DNA of 57,781 nucleotides, counting the filler, from Platydemus manokwari (lineage: Eukaryota), in NCBI GenBank assembly GCA_037951405.1. It is 5 parts of 5 records of this genome, joined end to end, with 100 filler letters (N's around TTAATTAATTAA, not from the genome) between each part and the next. Parts side by side here need not be neighbours in the genome. Positions count along the whole stretch, not along the records: positions 1 to 9,320 come from JBBMOY011265429.1; positions 9,421 to 18,254 come from JBBMOY011342426.1; 3 more parts are not named here. One strand, given 5' to 3'. The notes beneath the pieces were generated by a model. That model saw only the letters and a list, made by a program, of their open reading frames with translations, made no database searches and was not told where the DNA came from. The position numbers and the translations under genes were made by a program. This document shows, one piece after another, positions 1-12,113 of this stretch. Position 1 is the first letter of the stretch; the number at the start of each line of letters is the position of its first letter.

Positions 1-475
1 TATATTCTATTTATCATTTTGAAAATGTTTTAATATAAGAATTATATTTTTATTTTCAAATCTGATTTTGCTCATCTCTATATGTGACAGCTATTGTAAA
101 ATGTTTTTAATTTTTTTTGCCTTCAAAGAGTTTTTCAATTTTTGATCAAGTTTGTTTAAATAATATTTGATGTTATAAATGTTTTAATTTACAAATTACA
201 AAGAATCTTTTTGATATTGCATAAGTATTATCTAATACGGTGATATTCATCAAGCTTACCATTTTGATTCCTGATACTTAATTAAAAATCTTTTCCCTAA
301 ACATTATTTTATATAAATATATTGAACTTCTAAGCCTTTGTTCAAATAGATTCTAAAGTATATTCTAAAATATATTCTAAATATACTCTAAGTCTAAAAA
401 ACAGTATTCATATTGAAGATGGGTCTGTGGTATTAATGAAATTTAATTTATCTATGCATCAATAACAATTTAGAT

Positions 476-824
476 CAGTGGTCTTCACACTTTTGTGTTG
501 CGACACACTTTACGAATCCAAAATAAAAATAATAGAGCAAAACTTTTTAATAAAAATTTTTTGGTAACTTCAAGAATTAAAATATATTTGATAATAATAA
601 TGATTTTGCATTTTCTGACTTAACAAATCAAATCTTGGCTCTATTTCGTTGATGGCTGGTCTCAATACTAATTTCAGCTCTTTAAAATTATTTAAAATTA
701 AACTTCTCATATTTAAAGAATATTTTCTTATGATTACTCTAATATAACTTTGGAATTTCTCACGACTTCCACAAAATATTTCGTAACACATTGGCGATTC
801 CCACTCCCATTTTGAAAAACACTG
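476..824 (-). mobile_element. Non-autonomous hAT (Buster/Charlie-type) deletion derivative
   Basis: Imperfect TIRs: CAGTGGTCTTCACA at 476, and the right end reads CAGTGTTTTTCAAA on the minus strand. Perfect 8-bp TSD ATTTAGAT (468-475 and 825-832) with central TA. Internal minus-strand text LRPAINEIEPRFDLLSQKMQNH resembles the Buster transposase C-terminus. Confidence 0.82.
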
Positions 825-952
825 ATTTAGATTATTTAGGAAAATTTCATATCATGAATCCTATTTTCCAGTCTAACATTTTATTTTTTAATAACTTTAA
901 GGAAACTGATGTTATTATATTGCCATACTCATCATATCAATTCGATATATAG

Positions 953-1075
953 CAGGGGTGGCCAACCGGTCGATCGCGATCGACTGGTCGATCTTGAAGC
1001 CAATTTTAGTCGGTCGCGTGAGATGTTATTCAAATGAAAAGTCGATCTTACGTACACAAAAGTTGGCCACATCTG
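953..1075. mobile_element. 123-bp hAT MITE
   Basis: TIRs CAGGGGTGGCCAAC / CAGATGTGGCCAAC (12/14). TSD ATATATAG / ATATATAA (7/8). Subterminal palindromic GTCGATC repeats. Confidence 0.75.
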
Positions 1076-4000
1076 ATATATAACACAAAGGATATGAAAT
1101 GATTTTCTAAAAATTTCTAACAACTTCATCATTTTGGTAAACATTAATAAACAAATTCTAACGGCTTTCTGATGTCCTTTCACGATTAATAAATTAAAAA
1201 GCTAATTAACCGATGAATTTTAAAAAATTTCTATATCAAACAGGGAATTTGTATAAATATATAAAATATTTTACCTCCGTCAGAATAAAATGAACAACAA
1301 TGATCCGGATTATTAATTGAGTCGTCATAATTTTCAAAATTTTCAAGGATTAAATTTCGTAAACATCCTTATTTCATTTATATTATGCCAATAAGATTGT
1401 TTATCATAAATTCAAATAATATTTTGCGCTGACAAATTCCGTTCAGTAGATTCTAACAAACATCATTGGATGCTAACGAATGATACCGGATATTTTCAGT
1501 CATAGATTATTGATTTGAATGAAAATAGAATGTCATGGAATAAACCGATCATTTAAAAATGAAATCATTTAAAATGTTAATGAAATAAAAAATATTTAAT
1601 TTGAAGGATAGAAAATTTCCGCATCAATCAATAATAGATCAATAAAAATCGATATGATTAATAAGGGTAAATTAATTTGTTTTCGTATTCCAGGTTATTA
1701 TTTTATTAAATCAACTCAGGGTATCGTATTTTGGAATGAATTTGTTCTTATTTTACTTATATGCTTTATCAAAATCATTTAATTGATCTTTTATTCTTTA
1801 TAATCGCATCATCTGCTTATAACATGGTACTTAATAATTTCTTTACTTCACTCTTCTTTCCTGGATAGAACTAGCACAGTACATACAGCCACGGTATTTC
1901 GATACAAAGATATCATCTCCTTCGTGGATTTATTAAAATTCTGCGAGAATCGAGTCAAATTTGATACACGATAATGTTTCTATCCATCCTCGTATCAGAT
2001 ATATATATATATATTTAGACCTCAACTTTCATGGACTATTGTACAAAACCGCTTTCTATCTTCTTGACTTGATGTTATGACATTTTCACTAAAATCTATC
2101 ATGTCCGTGTATCTTCATTTTAATTCCTTTAGTAAACGTTATTTTAAAATCACAAAATCTATTTGATGTTTCTGCTTCCATTTGAAGAGCCCAGATCTTC
2201 AAATTCTTTTAATTGTGCTATTATTTCTTTTTTATTTTTTCGCTTTGTACGTATTTGAATATGATATATCGGATCTGTTATTCCGAAGTAATTTCTGATG
2301 AATCTTCGAAAATATTCTCCATTTTGAAAGAATTCTCTTACCTCCTTTATATAAAATAATTTTGAAATTTCTGTATTTTTATCACATTATTCCGACTGGC
2401 TTTCATTTATTTATTCGATTCCACTAGTTCAACGTGTGTGACTTGCAGTTTTATTAATTTAATTTTTATTAATTTTTAACTCTACCTTCTATGATGGTCA
2501 GAAATATTTCAGGCACCAAATTCTCTAAGATAAATACAGCATTTTGTGAATAGTAGATCAAAAGTACCAAACCGATGTTCAAATAAAATTAGAAAGAAAT
2601 GATTTTCTAATGGCAATAATCTTTATGTGCGCAATCTTTCATAAGGAATGTTTATGTAATTTTTAATATTAGATGAAATGATATTATATTTCGGAAGCAG
2701 TCTCTGATTTGCATTATTTATTTGCTGAGTTCTTCAATTATAAATTTAAATGATAAAATAAATATCTTTTTATAAATTTAATGTGTATATTTTCGATGAA
2801 AGGAAGAAATAAAAATTCGGTATAAACGTAATATACCTTTATTTTGTGATAGTTAATACTTTAATTCTGTTTCTTTGGTAATGGGATCTCAGTTCTCGAT
2901 GTCATCGGCCTAAATTGTTATAACTAATTGATTATTAGAATTCTTCGGATCCTGTTTACCATCTTCTGAAATGATGGGTGCTGGCAGACAGTAAAAATTT
3001 CATAATGTCCCCATCTTAATGTTCCCAAAATTTGATAATTTTATAAATTAAAGATGTTTTAAAGGAAGATTTTCAATTATTTGGATTTTTAATGAAACAT
3101 CATATCTGACCCATCTGAACCATTTATGTTTATCAATAATCGATTTTAACAGGAATTCACTAACTTTAAATACCAATTATTTATTCTGTTTATTGCTTCT
3201 ACAGGAATTATTTGCTGCTGATTCTCACATTTATTAGTAAAAGTTAAATCCAAAGAGTAGTGATAGCGATACATATGAGAAATAATGAATTCAAATACAG
3301 CGAAATCATTGGTTAAGTTATAAATTATAGAGTGGCTTTAAATTCAGCAGTTTAAATTCAAGGCCCTATTTAATACTAATGAGCATAAAAAGTTTCGAAA
3401 CAGATTTATTGATGAATTGGCTCTCACAATTGCAAATAATTTGTTTCAGTAAATCATTGTAACCTTAATAATTTTACAAGAACATTTAACTATGAATTGT
3501 GATAAATTGTAAATAATTAATGAGTGAGACAATTTTCATTCCTCGGCTTACTGACAAGAATTAATTAATATCCATTCAAATTGCAGCATCAAACAAACAA
3601 AGGTGTTTATCATGAAATGGATTTTAATTTGTTTCTGTCATCGATGTTAAACATCGGTCATTCGCGTTCTTCTAAAAATAATTATGAAAAATGATGGAGC
3701 AGTAGTAGAGCAATCAATGAGTTCAAACATTAACATTTCCGTTGTAAATATCACTATGGCAGTTTCTTTGGAATGCAATGATTTCATTATAATGCAGAAA
3801 ACATAAATATTTTGTATTTAGAGAAATGATTTCCCAAGAATCTTTTCGAAAATTTCCTGAATAATATATAAATATCGTAAATGAGGAGTTTCATTAAATA
3901 TAAAAAATAGAATATTTAAAGGCAAACCATAGATTATAAATAGAATAACAACACTATAGATTTATCTGAAAACTGGCACGAAACATAAAATATATTTAGT

Positions 4001-5877
4001 AAATATAAATAAATCGAATGAAATAAATTAATCGCAAACTGCTAAAAGAAAGAATAACAGGTTTATCTAGTCAGCTGACACAATTTGAATCGTATTTCTA
4101 CACAATAATAAATTATCATTTAATGGGGGATCATCATCCGAAAGTTGAATACAGAACAAAAGACAGCCAAGAAAACGGGTTGTCGGAAAAATCACATAAA
4201 GGTCACAAAATAAAATAAAGATTACCCACGATAAAGATTAACAGTTGTTCGTGAAATCCAAATTCTTTTATAGGCTTAGTGTGTGGATCCGCTTTATGTA
4301 CCAGAACTTTATTTTCCATTTGATAAATTCTTTCATATATCGATATGTTTGCAATTTCCCTTTTATCTCTCGCGCTATTAGTGAATATCAATATTTGTTC
4401 CCATTTGTTGGTATGTGTCAGTCAATTATTGACTTCTAAATCTGATTGGCTATTGACACGTGCGTTTATTGAACAAGTTTGTATAAAGCCTTCGAGGATT
4501 GTTTTTATAGTTTCCCTGAAGATTTTCCTTGTTTTTGTGATCTATATTCTTTAATTTATATTAAAAAATTATTTCATGAAAATATATATTGTTATGAAAA
4601 CCCGATATAACCGAATTTTCAAAAAAACTTATGATAAAATTGATTTGTTTATTATTTTTTCTGAAATAATAATTTAAAAGTATCGAAAAATATTTACTTA
4701 AATTTATTTTGTATAGATAACTTCAAAAATTAAATTGATGAAGGAAATATTATTGAAAAGAAACGACATATAATAGATTTCACCAATGTCTATTTATAAT
4801 ATAATAGTACAAAATATATTAAAAAAATTTGATCCTCATGAAGGAAATATTGATCTATCGATGTATTGATTTATGCTGAAATCAAATTTATAAATAATAA
4901 TTCAAGATATTTGTTCGCAGCTTGATAACGTCATTTATACAGAGTTTTATTTTATAATTAGATATTAATCGTGAATTATCTGCAGTGATAATTATTTAGC
5001 TTTCAATGCATTTTTGTCTTGTGGGCAAAACTAATATAAAAAATGTAATTATGTATCATCATGTGTTGAGAAAGAACACGAGTGTTTTATGAGATTTGAG
5101 AGATACAATAGGAAATAACAAATTTCCTATGTTAATTACTTAATTGCCTTATATTCTGAAATATGAGATATATATTAGAAAACCAGAGCAAAACGAGAAT
5201 GACAAATGATATAACTTGTCTCTTGAATATCAATTTAAAGTTATATTTTATTTTATCTTCAAATATTCTCCGGACTATTTGATTCATTTCGTCCAACTCC
5301 ATGAAGATCAATAAATGGTGCTAAATTTATTTTTCAGCTTAGAAGTACGTGATGATTTAATTACTGATAGCAAATTGTACCGCTATTATAATATTATTTC
5401 AATAAAATCTGAATAGTTACAACTAAATAATTTTAAACTGTCTTTTGTGAGAGATATTTCAAATTTACAAAGCACTTTGTGCAAGAATAAAATACTGAAC
5501 TCAAAAAGTGATGAGCACTTGGTTATGTTTAATGGAATTTGCTGGCCATATAAATTTCAAATGGTTGAAAGATGAGGATTTCTTCTTTAAAATGCAAATA
5601 TCTACTCTTATCAACAACTATATTTTAAAATTTATTTTTGAAAATTGGACGAAAATGTATTGACTTTGGACAAAAATAATTTATTGATTCTATATTGTGA
5701 CTTTTGAAGATTTATTCGAAATTAATTCATAAATATTACAAATTTAGTCACAGTTTATTTAAATCACAAACAGACCAGATCCATAGACAAGAAAATTTTT
5801 TTGAAAATTCAAAACAAGAGAAACATTTTATTCATATCAATGTTTTATCGATTTGGTTTGTTGTTGTCTTGTGATAG

Positions 5878-6765
5878 TTAAAGAGGTTTAATTAAATTTT
5901 GACGTCGTAGAATTTTGCTTCTCAAGAATCCATTATTTGATAATATTATTGCAAAATTAGTCAGACAATTCAAAAACGTAATAGAAAAGACCGAATAACT
6001 TATTTTGTTGTTAGAATCGAATTGTATAATCAATATAGGAATCATCAATACAATATAGATAGCAGAGGTTTGAAATGATATTAGAGTTAACTTCACAATT
6101 TTCTTCAGTCTTTCATGACCATTTTTCTGACAAAGTGATCGCGATTTCTTGGCAAATATTATCGAAATAGCAGTATAAATTACAATATCAAATAAACCTA
6201 AAATCGAAACATTGATGGTACAATGATATTGGAGTATTATGATGACCACAGTGCTTTTCAAACATTGGGAATTTACCAAGATGTATAGTCTAGAAATAAA
6301 TTCGATCAGTAGTTCGAAGAAAAATAAATAAATGAAAAATATTCGTAAAACCATTTTCTTATTCCACCATAACGATATAGGTTGGATTATAGCAAATAAT
6401 CTATCTAATGCCATCAAATCAAATATCAGCAGCTCGGCAATGTGAATTGTTCGATTCATTATAAATCTCATTTCGATAAGACTACCATGGTCGTTGAAGA
6501 GATACTTCAAAATAAATAAGTTTATAAGCTGTAATGAAGGTGTAATCATGTTCAGGATGGCCATTATTTTACCAATGAATTGAAAAGTGGTTCGTTTACC
6601 GAGAAGTTTGATTGTGTATTTCTGATAAAATATCATCAACAATAAATTCATTGAAAATCCAACGGTAAACAAAGGGAAATAGATGACAAAGTGATAGGGA
6701 GATGTTTTGAATTTGAAAATCGAAACATTCAAACAACCCGAATAATTTTCGGGAAAGAAACTCAT
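5878..6765 (-). CDS. Divergent single-exon rhodopsin-like (class A) GPCR / chemoreceptor, 295 aa
   Basis: Uninterrupted 295-aa ORF in very AT-rich DNA. About seven hydrophobic segments. TM3 motif MALDRLFAI (DRY variant), basic ICL3, TM7 FLNCLTNFAII (NPxxY variant), N-terminal N-glycosylation site NYS. Confidence 0.8.
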   Translation of the reverse strand: MSFFPENYSGCLNVSIFKFKTSPYHFVIYFPLFTVGFSMNLLLMIFYQKYTIKLLGKRTTFQFIGKIMAILNMITPSLQLINLFILKYLFNDHGSLIEMRFIMNRTIHIAELLIFDLMALDRLFAIIQPISLWWNKKMVLRIFFIYLFFFELLIEFISRLYILVNSQCLKSTVVIIILQYHCTINVSILGLFDIVIYTAISIIFAKKSRSLCQKNGHERLKKIVKLTLISFQTSAIYIVLMIPILIIQFDSNNKISYSVFSITFLNCLTNFAIILSNNGFLRSKILRRQNLIKPL

Positions 6766-7379
6766 TCTGACAACAAAATTAAAACATGTGTATTATTTTT
6801 GTTTAAATATAACAATGGTTAATTATGATTGGTCGAAATACGATGTATTGGCATTTTAAACATTCAAAGACTCAGTAACTTTTCCATAATTATATTAAAG
6901 TCAAATTCAAAGGAAAAGTTCAGGAAATATATTAATAGATTAGATGTATCTACTTATCGTGCAATCATAAATTTAATGGTTCATTCGGGATAATCTTGTA
7001 ATTAATTGATTTATTGATATCCACACAATTTGTATGGCATAATAATTGGTTTTTCATAAACTTTTTATTCATCAATATTATCGTTGAAATTTGTGAAACA
7101 AATCATAAAACTTATAATTGTAATCAACAAATTGGATTAAATATTTTAGTTTGAAAACAATAACAAGGGAAAAAATAGATAGAAAACGTGAATATTATTA
7201 CATTTTCGATTAGTTAACCATCCGTGAATAGCTTTTGGTTCTCAAAGCAAATATAATTGAAACAACTGACAAAATGAGAATATTAAAGCCACAAACACAG
7301 TGGAACACTAAATTGACAATAAAATACTAATACGTTTTAAAAATGTCAGCAAAATTATCTCATCTGGGATTTGAATTCC

Positions 7380-7795
7380 AACATACTGGATAACTATACC
7401 GTTCGATTTATAAGTCTCGGTCTCTAAGACTAAAATAAAGCAATGCTTGATTAAAAGAATATTTGAAACGTTTTAATTTTTCTTCCTTGAGATATCTGAG
7501 AACAGAAGTTTGTAAAGTCATACACACTCGAGCAGTGTCTCTTTGATTTGTGCCATAATTCTCTTTTACGAAATATACTACCTCACCCTTCAGGACTTCA
7601 TCAGGCGGCCTGCCTGATCGCAATCTAGTCGATAAGTTTCCAGTTTCTTCAAACTTTAATTTCCAGTATTGCACTGATGTTGAAATGTTGAAATCCTTGG
7701 CAAGCTTTGCCACTACTCTGATACTTTATTTGCATAGCTAACTATAAACACTCTATCCGCAAGTGAAAATTTAACATCACCACTTGCTTCCGTCA
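7380..7795 (-). pseudogene. Tc1/mariner-superfamily transposase relic (N-terminal HTH region)
   Basis: STSVQYWKLKFEETGNLSTRLRSGRP is a typical paired-HTH plus GRPR-like linker. Frameshifted upstream, no catalytic domain, no TIRs found. Confidence 0.55.
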
Positions 7796-8222
7796 TATTA
7801 TAATAAAGTAACTGATTAATAAGAAAAAAGAAATAAAGCACATTAATCAGTGAATAATAATTAATATCAATGAGTACAAATATGTGAGTATAAATTATCT
7901 TGTGCTTTGTTGTTTTATTTTAGTTTTAGAGACGAAGTCACAGGGTATAATAAAAAAACAATTTTTTGTTCCACCACAAAGCCAGCGGTTGAATAATAAC
8001 GAGTAATCCTATTAGTGACTAAAATGTGGAAAATTCTCATTTCTGCTATATAAATGGATTCATTTATTATGGGGTTTGTTTGCTTGGTATCAAATGTATG
8101 ATTGCTTGACAATGAGATCAATAAAGTGCAATAATGCAAGTAATGAATCAGTTATAACCATAGCTTTTCTAATTAACTCATATGATGGACTTTTTCCAAG
8201 TAGTCTTTTATATCATATAATC

Positions 8223-8600
8223 CAGTGGTTCTCAATCCCGGAGTCGGGTTCCCAAGTGGGATTGGCAAACATTTTCGAAGGGGTGCCCGAATTATGGTAG
8301 GTGTACAAACCATTACATGTGAAAAATGGTGTTTTATGATGCTGTTAAATAAATCGTTTGTGATGCTGATTAAACTACTTCTGTTCACAATTGCCTTGAC
8401 TACTGAAGTTGAGTATTTTATAGGTAATGTTATTAACTGATAATATTATTGTTACAAGTAATTAATTACTTCTTGTAAATCAATAAAATGTTTCAAATTG
8501 GTTTTATTGAATATGGAGAGTTATGACTTATTTTTAGTAATATTGATTTTCTTTGGGGTCACCTCTGATATAATCAATAAAGAATTGGTTGAAAATCCAA
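8223..8600. mobile_element. Degenerate hAT (Charlie-like) MITE
   Basis: Left end CAGTGGTTCTCAA preceded by ATATAATC. Only a decayed right end (GGGGTCACC...GGTTGAAAATCCA), so the right boundary is approximate. Confidence 0.4.
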
Positions 8601-9320
8601 TAGCAAATAGAGGGCAATATATTGAGTAATAATACAAAATTAATGGTCTAGAATTAAAATATAAATTAATACAAATTATGTTATTGGCTGAGTCAAGATA
8701 AAAAATAAATAAAAATAAATCCGTTTATAATCAAGAGCAAAGTAATATTTAATTAATACTTGCTCAATTTATTTCAGTAAATGAGATTTTATGAAATGTA
8801 GAGATTTCACATACATTTATGATAAGTGGTTTTTTCGAAACAATTTTCAGAAGCAGTGACATTTTTAGAAATATGATTTGTTTATATTTCTTAATTTATT
8901 TACTTAAAGTCAATATTGTCTATCGATAATTATTAAATCAATAAACACAACATTTAATTTAAATCAATATTAGATCAATAAATAAATAATATGATGGTAA
9001 AGTAGAAAAAGTTAATCAGAAAATAAACCATGGGGATTTAGCAAATATTTTATCTCAAGATATTCCAATTCATTATAAAAATTATTATTATTAAATCATT
9101 ATTATTATTAAATTATTATTATTAAATTATTATTTTTAAATTATTACTATTATTATTATTATTAAATCAAATACATTTTTAATTAATGAAAACAAAGAAA
9201 AATATTTATTACATCAATAGTCGATTCATTAAATTCAATAAATTATATCGATAATTATTTTTTAAATATAATATTACCAATTATTGTTTGATCATCAATA
9301 CCCTATTTTCAAAATACCAA

Positions 9321-9420
9321 NNNNNNNNNNNNNNNNNNNNNNNNNNNNNNNNNNNNNNNNNNNNTTAATTAATTAANNNNNNNNNNNNNNNNNNNNNNNN
9401 NNNNNNNNNNNNNNNNNNNN
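9321..9420. other. Assembly spacer with artificial TTAATTAATTAA linker (same spacer at 18255-18354, 30081-30180, 43583-43682; plain N gaps at 38146-38284 and 41014-41172)
   Basis: Exactly 100-bp N blocks with a centred 12-mer that encodes stops in all six frames. Confidence 0.95.
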
Positions 9421-9625
9421 CTTTGCCTTTTCTATATTCTATTTCCATTTCGAATATTTCTAGCTCTGCTTTCCATATACAATATTGTGATGTATTTAGA
9501 GAACCCCAATTAAGCAACTATTTCATAGTTATATGATCAGTTCTCACAATAAATTTCTTACCTTATGGATAATGCTTAAATATTTTCGCAAACACAAGAT
9601 GGCTAGCAACTTTTTTCAATATTAA
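9421..9625 (-). pseudogene. Ty3/gypsy RNase H fragment
   Basis: Frameshifted minus-strand translation LLAIL...FAKIFKHYP*GKKFIVRTDH, matching the gypsy ELLA...HF.HYL.G..F.V.TDH pattern. Confidence 0.55.
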
Positions 9626-10743
9626 CGCTACGGCTTTGTCAATATACTTATTTATTATACTTATTTATTATTTTTTTTATTCAGTTTTGTATTTGGCACA
9701 GAAAGATACATCAATATCCAAAACATATTCCTTTCTTTGCATAGTAAACTTAGAATAGGTTGAAATAAATTTTAAATTTGTGCAAGAATGTAGTTGTTAT
9801 ATTGTTCCACTAAGATTTAGTCTCTTTCTTCAGTAATTTGTATATTGGTTGGGTAATTATTTATAAAATGTATATAATAACCACATAATGACATTGTTTT
9901 GAATTGGTTTTATTACCCCCAACCATGTATTTACATGTTTGCACGCTGTTTTACTCAATCACATGTCCGCAATACCTAATTTCTCATCTTAAGAAAAAAC
10001 ATTTCTTTGGTGACATTTTCAACCCATCTATTGTGTTGTGGGGTGAATTGATTATTTTGACCTTTCCGGATAACCTGAAATAAATCAATCGCCACAAAGA
10101 TTTTTTAGCATTAGTTAATAATTTAATTATAAAAATGTAATTGGATACTAACAATGCATATAAATAAAAACTACGATTCACTGTGATCGATTCGTATAAT
10201 ATGCAGATAATGACTGTCCATTAACGGTATCTCCATTTCTGTCGACATTTTTATCAAAATTATAATTAATTATTTGATAATTCACAGTATTTATATTTTT
10301 TTGATAACGGCACTATTGTAATTGACATTAGATGCTTAATGGATTTGTACGTTTATTGACAATCGATTTTATGAATGTCATTGAAGCGATTTGGTTGTTC
10401 TGAATGTTAGAGATTGGTTTGCTTAAGTTTAAACATTTATAACCTAATTCTACCACATTCTACATATATTTATTCCATTTGAGACATCACTTTTTCCTAT
10501 ATACTACACCAATATTTTCTTATATCTTATATATATCATTGTTTATAACTTTTTCCAAAAACTTATTAATTTGATATAAATTAAATTCTAATAGATAATT
10601 AGAATATAGATGATAATAAAACTATATACATAATAAAATTACAGTAATAATTAATTCTCAACAATTAATCTACAAATTACCAAACTAATTATATAAAATA
10701 TTACAATAAAATTAAATTCAAATCCAAGTTGTATTTATCAAAT

Positions 10744-11688
10744 TTATTCTTGATTTTCGGCTCTCAAAGCAGCAAGATAATTTTCTTTCTTTTGCTTAAC
10801 TCTATCACGTTTTTGTTTAAGGTTCATCTTAGATTTTTTGATAATTTTAGGACCAGTGTATGGTGTTTTAACCTCCTTTTTAGGAGATGGATCATTACGA
10901 ATAGATTCATGAGTATCTTTAATGATTTTCTCAAGATTTTCGGCATTGACTCCAGCTTCAGTATATTTACTGAATTGCTTGTTATAATCAGCTTCATTTT
11001 CTTCCAAAACACTCATATATTCAGAAATGTGTTTTCCCAAAATTCTGTTTTTATGAGCTTCAGCGTCATATTTTTGATTTTCCTTATCATAACCTGGGAA
11101 ACGTTTCTCGTTGTGTGGAATGTTTAAACCACCATCAACTGCTCCTTTCAAAGCACCAAAAATATTAGCTCCGGTAGATGTTCTTTTTAATCCGACATCG
11201 AGGTAAGCAGTGAATGGGCGCTTATTTTCATCAATTTCGAGTTCGACTTTGTTACCATCGACTTCAGTGGTTCCTTGATATTTGGAATCCATACCAAGTT
11301 TCTTTAATGTACGTCTGGCCAAGAGAAGACCAGTGGCATAAGCAGCTGGGTAACTGGTTAATCCAACTTTCATTCCATAACGTGGCAATTCGTGTGAATA
11401 GGCAGATGCAAAAACTTTATCACCATCTATTCTAGCATAAACAATTTGACAAACGATGTCTTTGTTTGTGAAACGGACAACCATTCTGTATTTAGGAGTG
11501 TTATACTTGTTCTTGTCTTGCCAGATCAATCGTTTACGGGCATAATAATCAGTTTTTCCTTCTAAAAAATAATTAAAATAAACAAACTTTCATTTGAATT
11601 ATGTAGTTATCATACCTCTACGCCTTCTGAACCTAACTTGAAAACGCTTGAAATAAGCTTTATTTTTGATAACCTTAACCAACGTCAT
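10744..11688 (-). CDS. RPL5: 60S ribosomal protein L5 (uL18), 2 exons: 11688-11616 and 11561-10744
   Basis: Spliced translation [50 protein letters not shown]...[15 protein letters not shown]. The 54-nt GTATG...TTTAG intron (11562-11615) restores the frame. Confidence 0.97.
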
Positions 11689-12113
11689 GTTTTAAAAATC
11701 TTTTTGTATTTTATATATTGCCTACAATTAACTAATTAAAACAAATATTTATTCATATAATTTTTTTAAAAAACTTATTAGAATTTTTAATTAATAAGTT
11801 AAAATTTTAAAATGGTAAAACAGTTTAAGGCAGTAAAATTTTTAGCCTCTTAATTTTATGAGAATGATATATTTGTGAGTGTTTATTTTTGAGAATTAAG
11901 ATTTAACACGTTTATAGGGACTTAAAATAAGAAACATCTTGGAAGTTGAAAACTAATATAACATTAAGATACATACTAGTTATGTTTGAATAAGATTTTG
12001 TAATTGTAATGGCAGAGTAGTGAATTAACAACATAACAATCAAATGTTATAATAAATATATATTTGATATGAATACATTTTATGTTTATTAACAAAACAA
12101 TAATTTAACTGTT

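Noticed and set aside
2295-2312. CTGATGA...GAAA hammerhead-like core
   Set aside because: No room for stem II and no flanking complementary stems; expected by chance in AT-rich DNA.
4203-4554. Cluster of short overlapping ORFs
   Set aside because: No recognisable motif or splice structure; likely decayed TE sequence or chance ORFs.
5350-5730. Possible hAT transposase relic (LKDEDFFFKMQ)
   Set aside because: A single short motif with no termini; too decayed to support as a feature.
9365-9376. Recurring palindromic TTAATTAATTAA motif centred in N runs (four times)
   Set aside because: Artificial six-frame-stop scaffolding linker, not biology. It also means neighbourhoods across these spacers cannot be read as synteny.
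10729-11435. Plus-strand and alternative-frame ORFs overlapping RPL5 (similar shadows at 12184, 16025, 16901, 57066)
   Set aside because: Antisense or out-of-frame shadows of real coding sequence.
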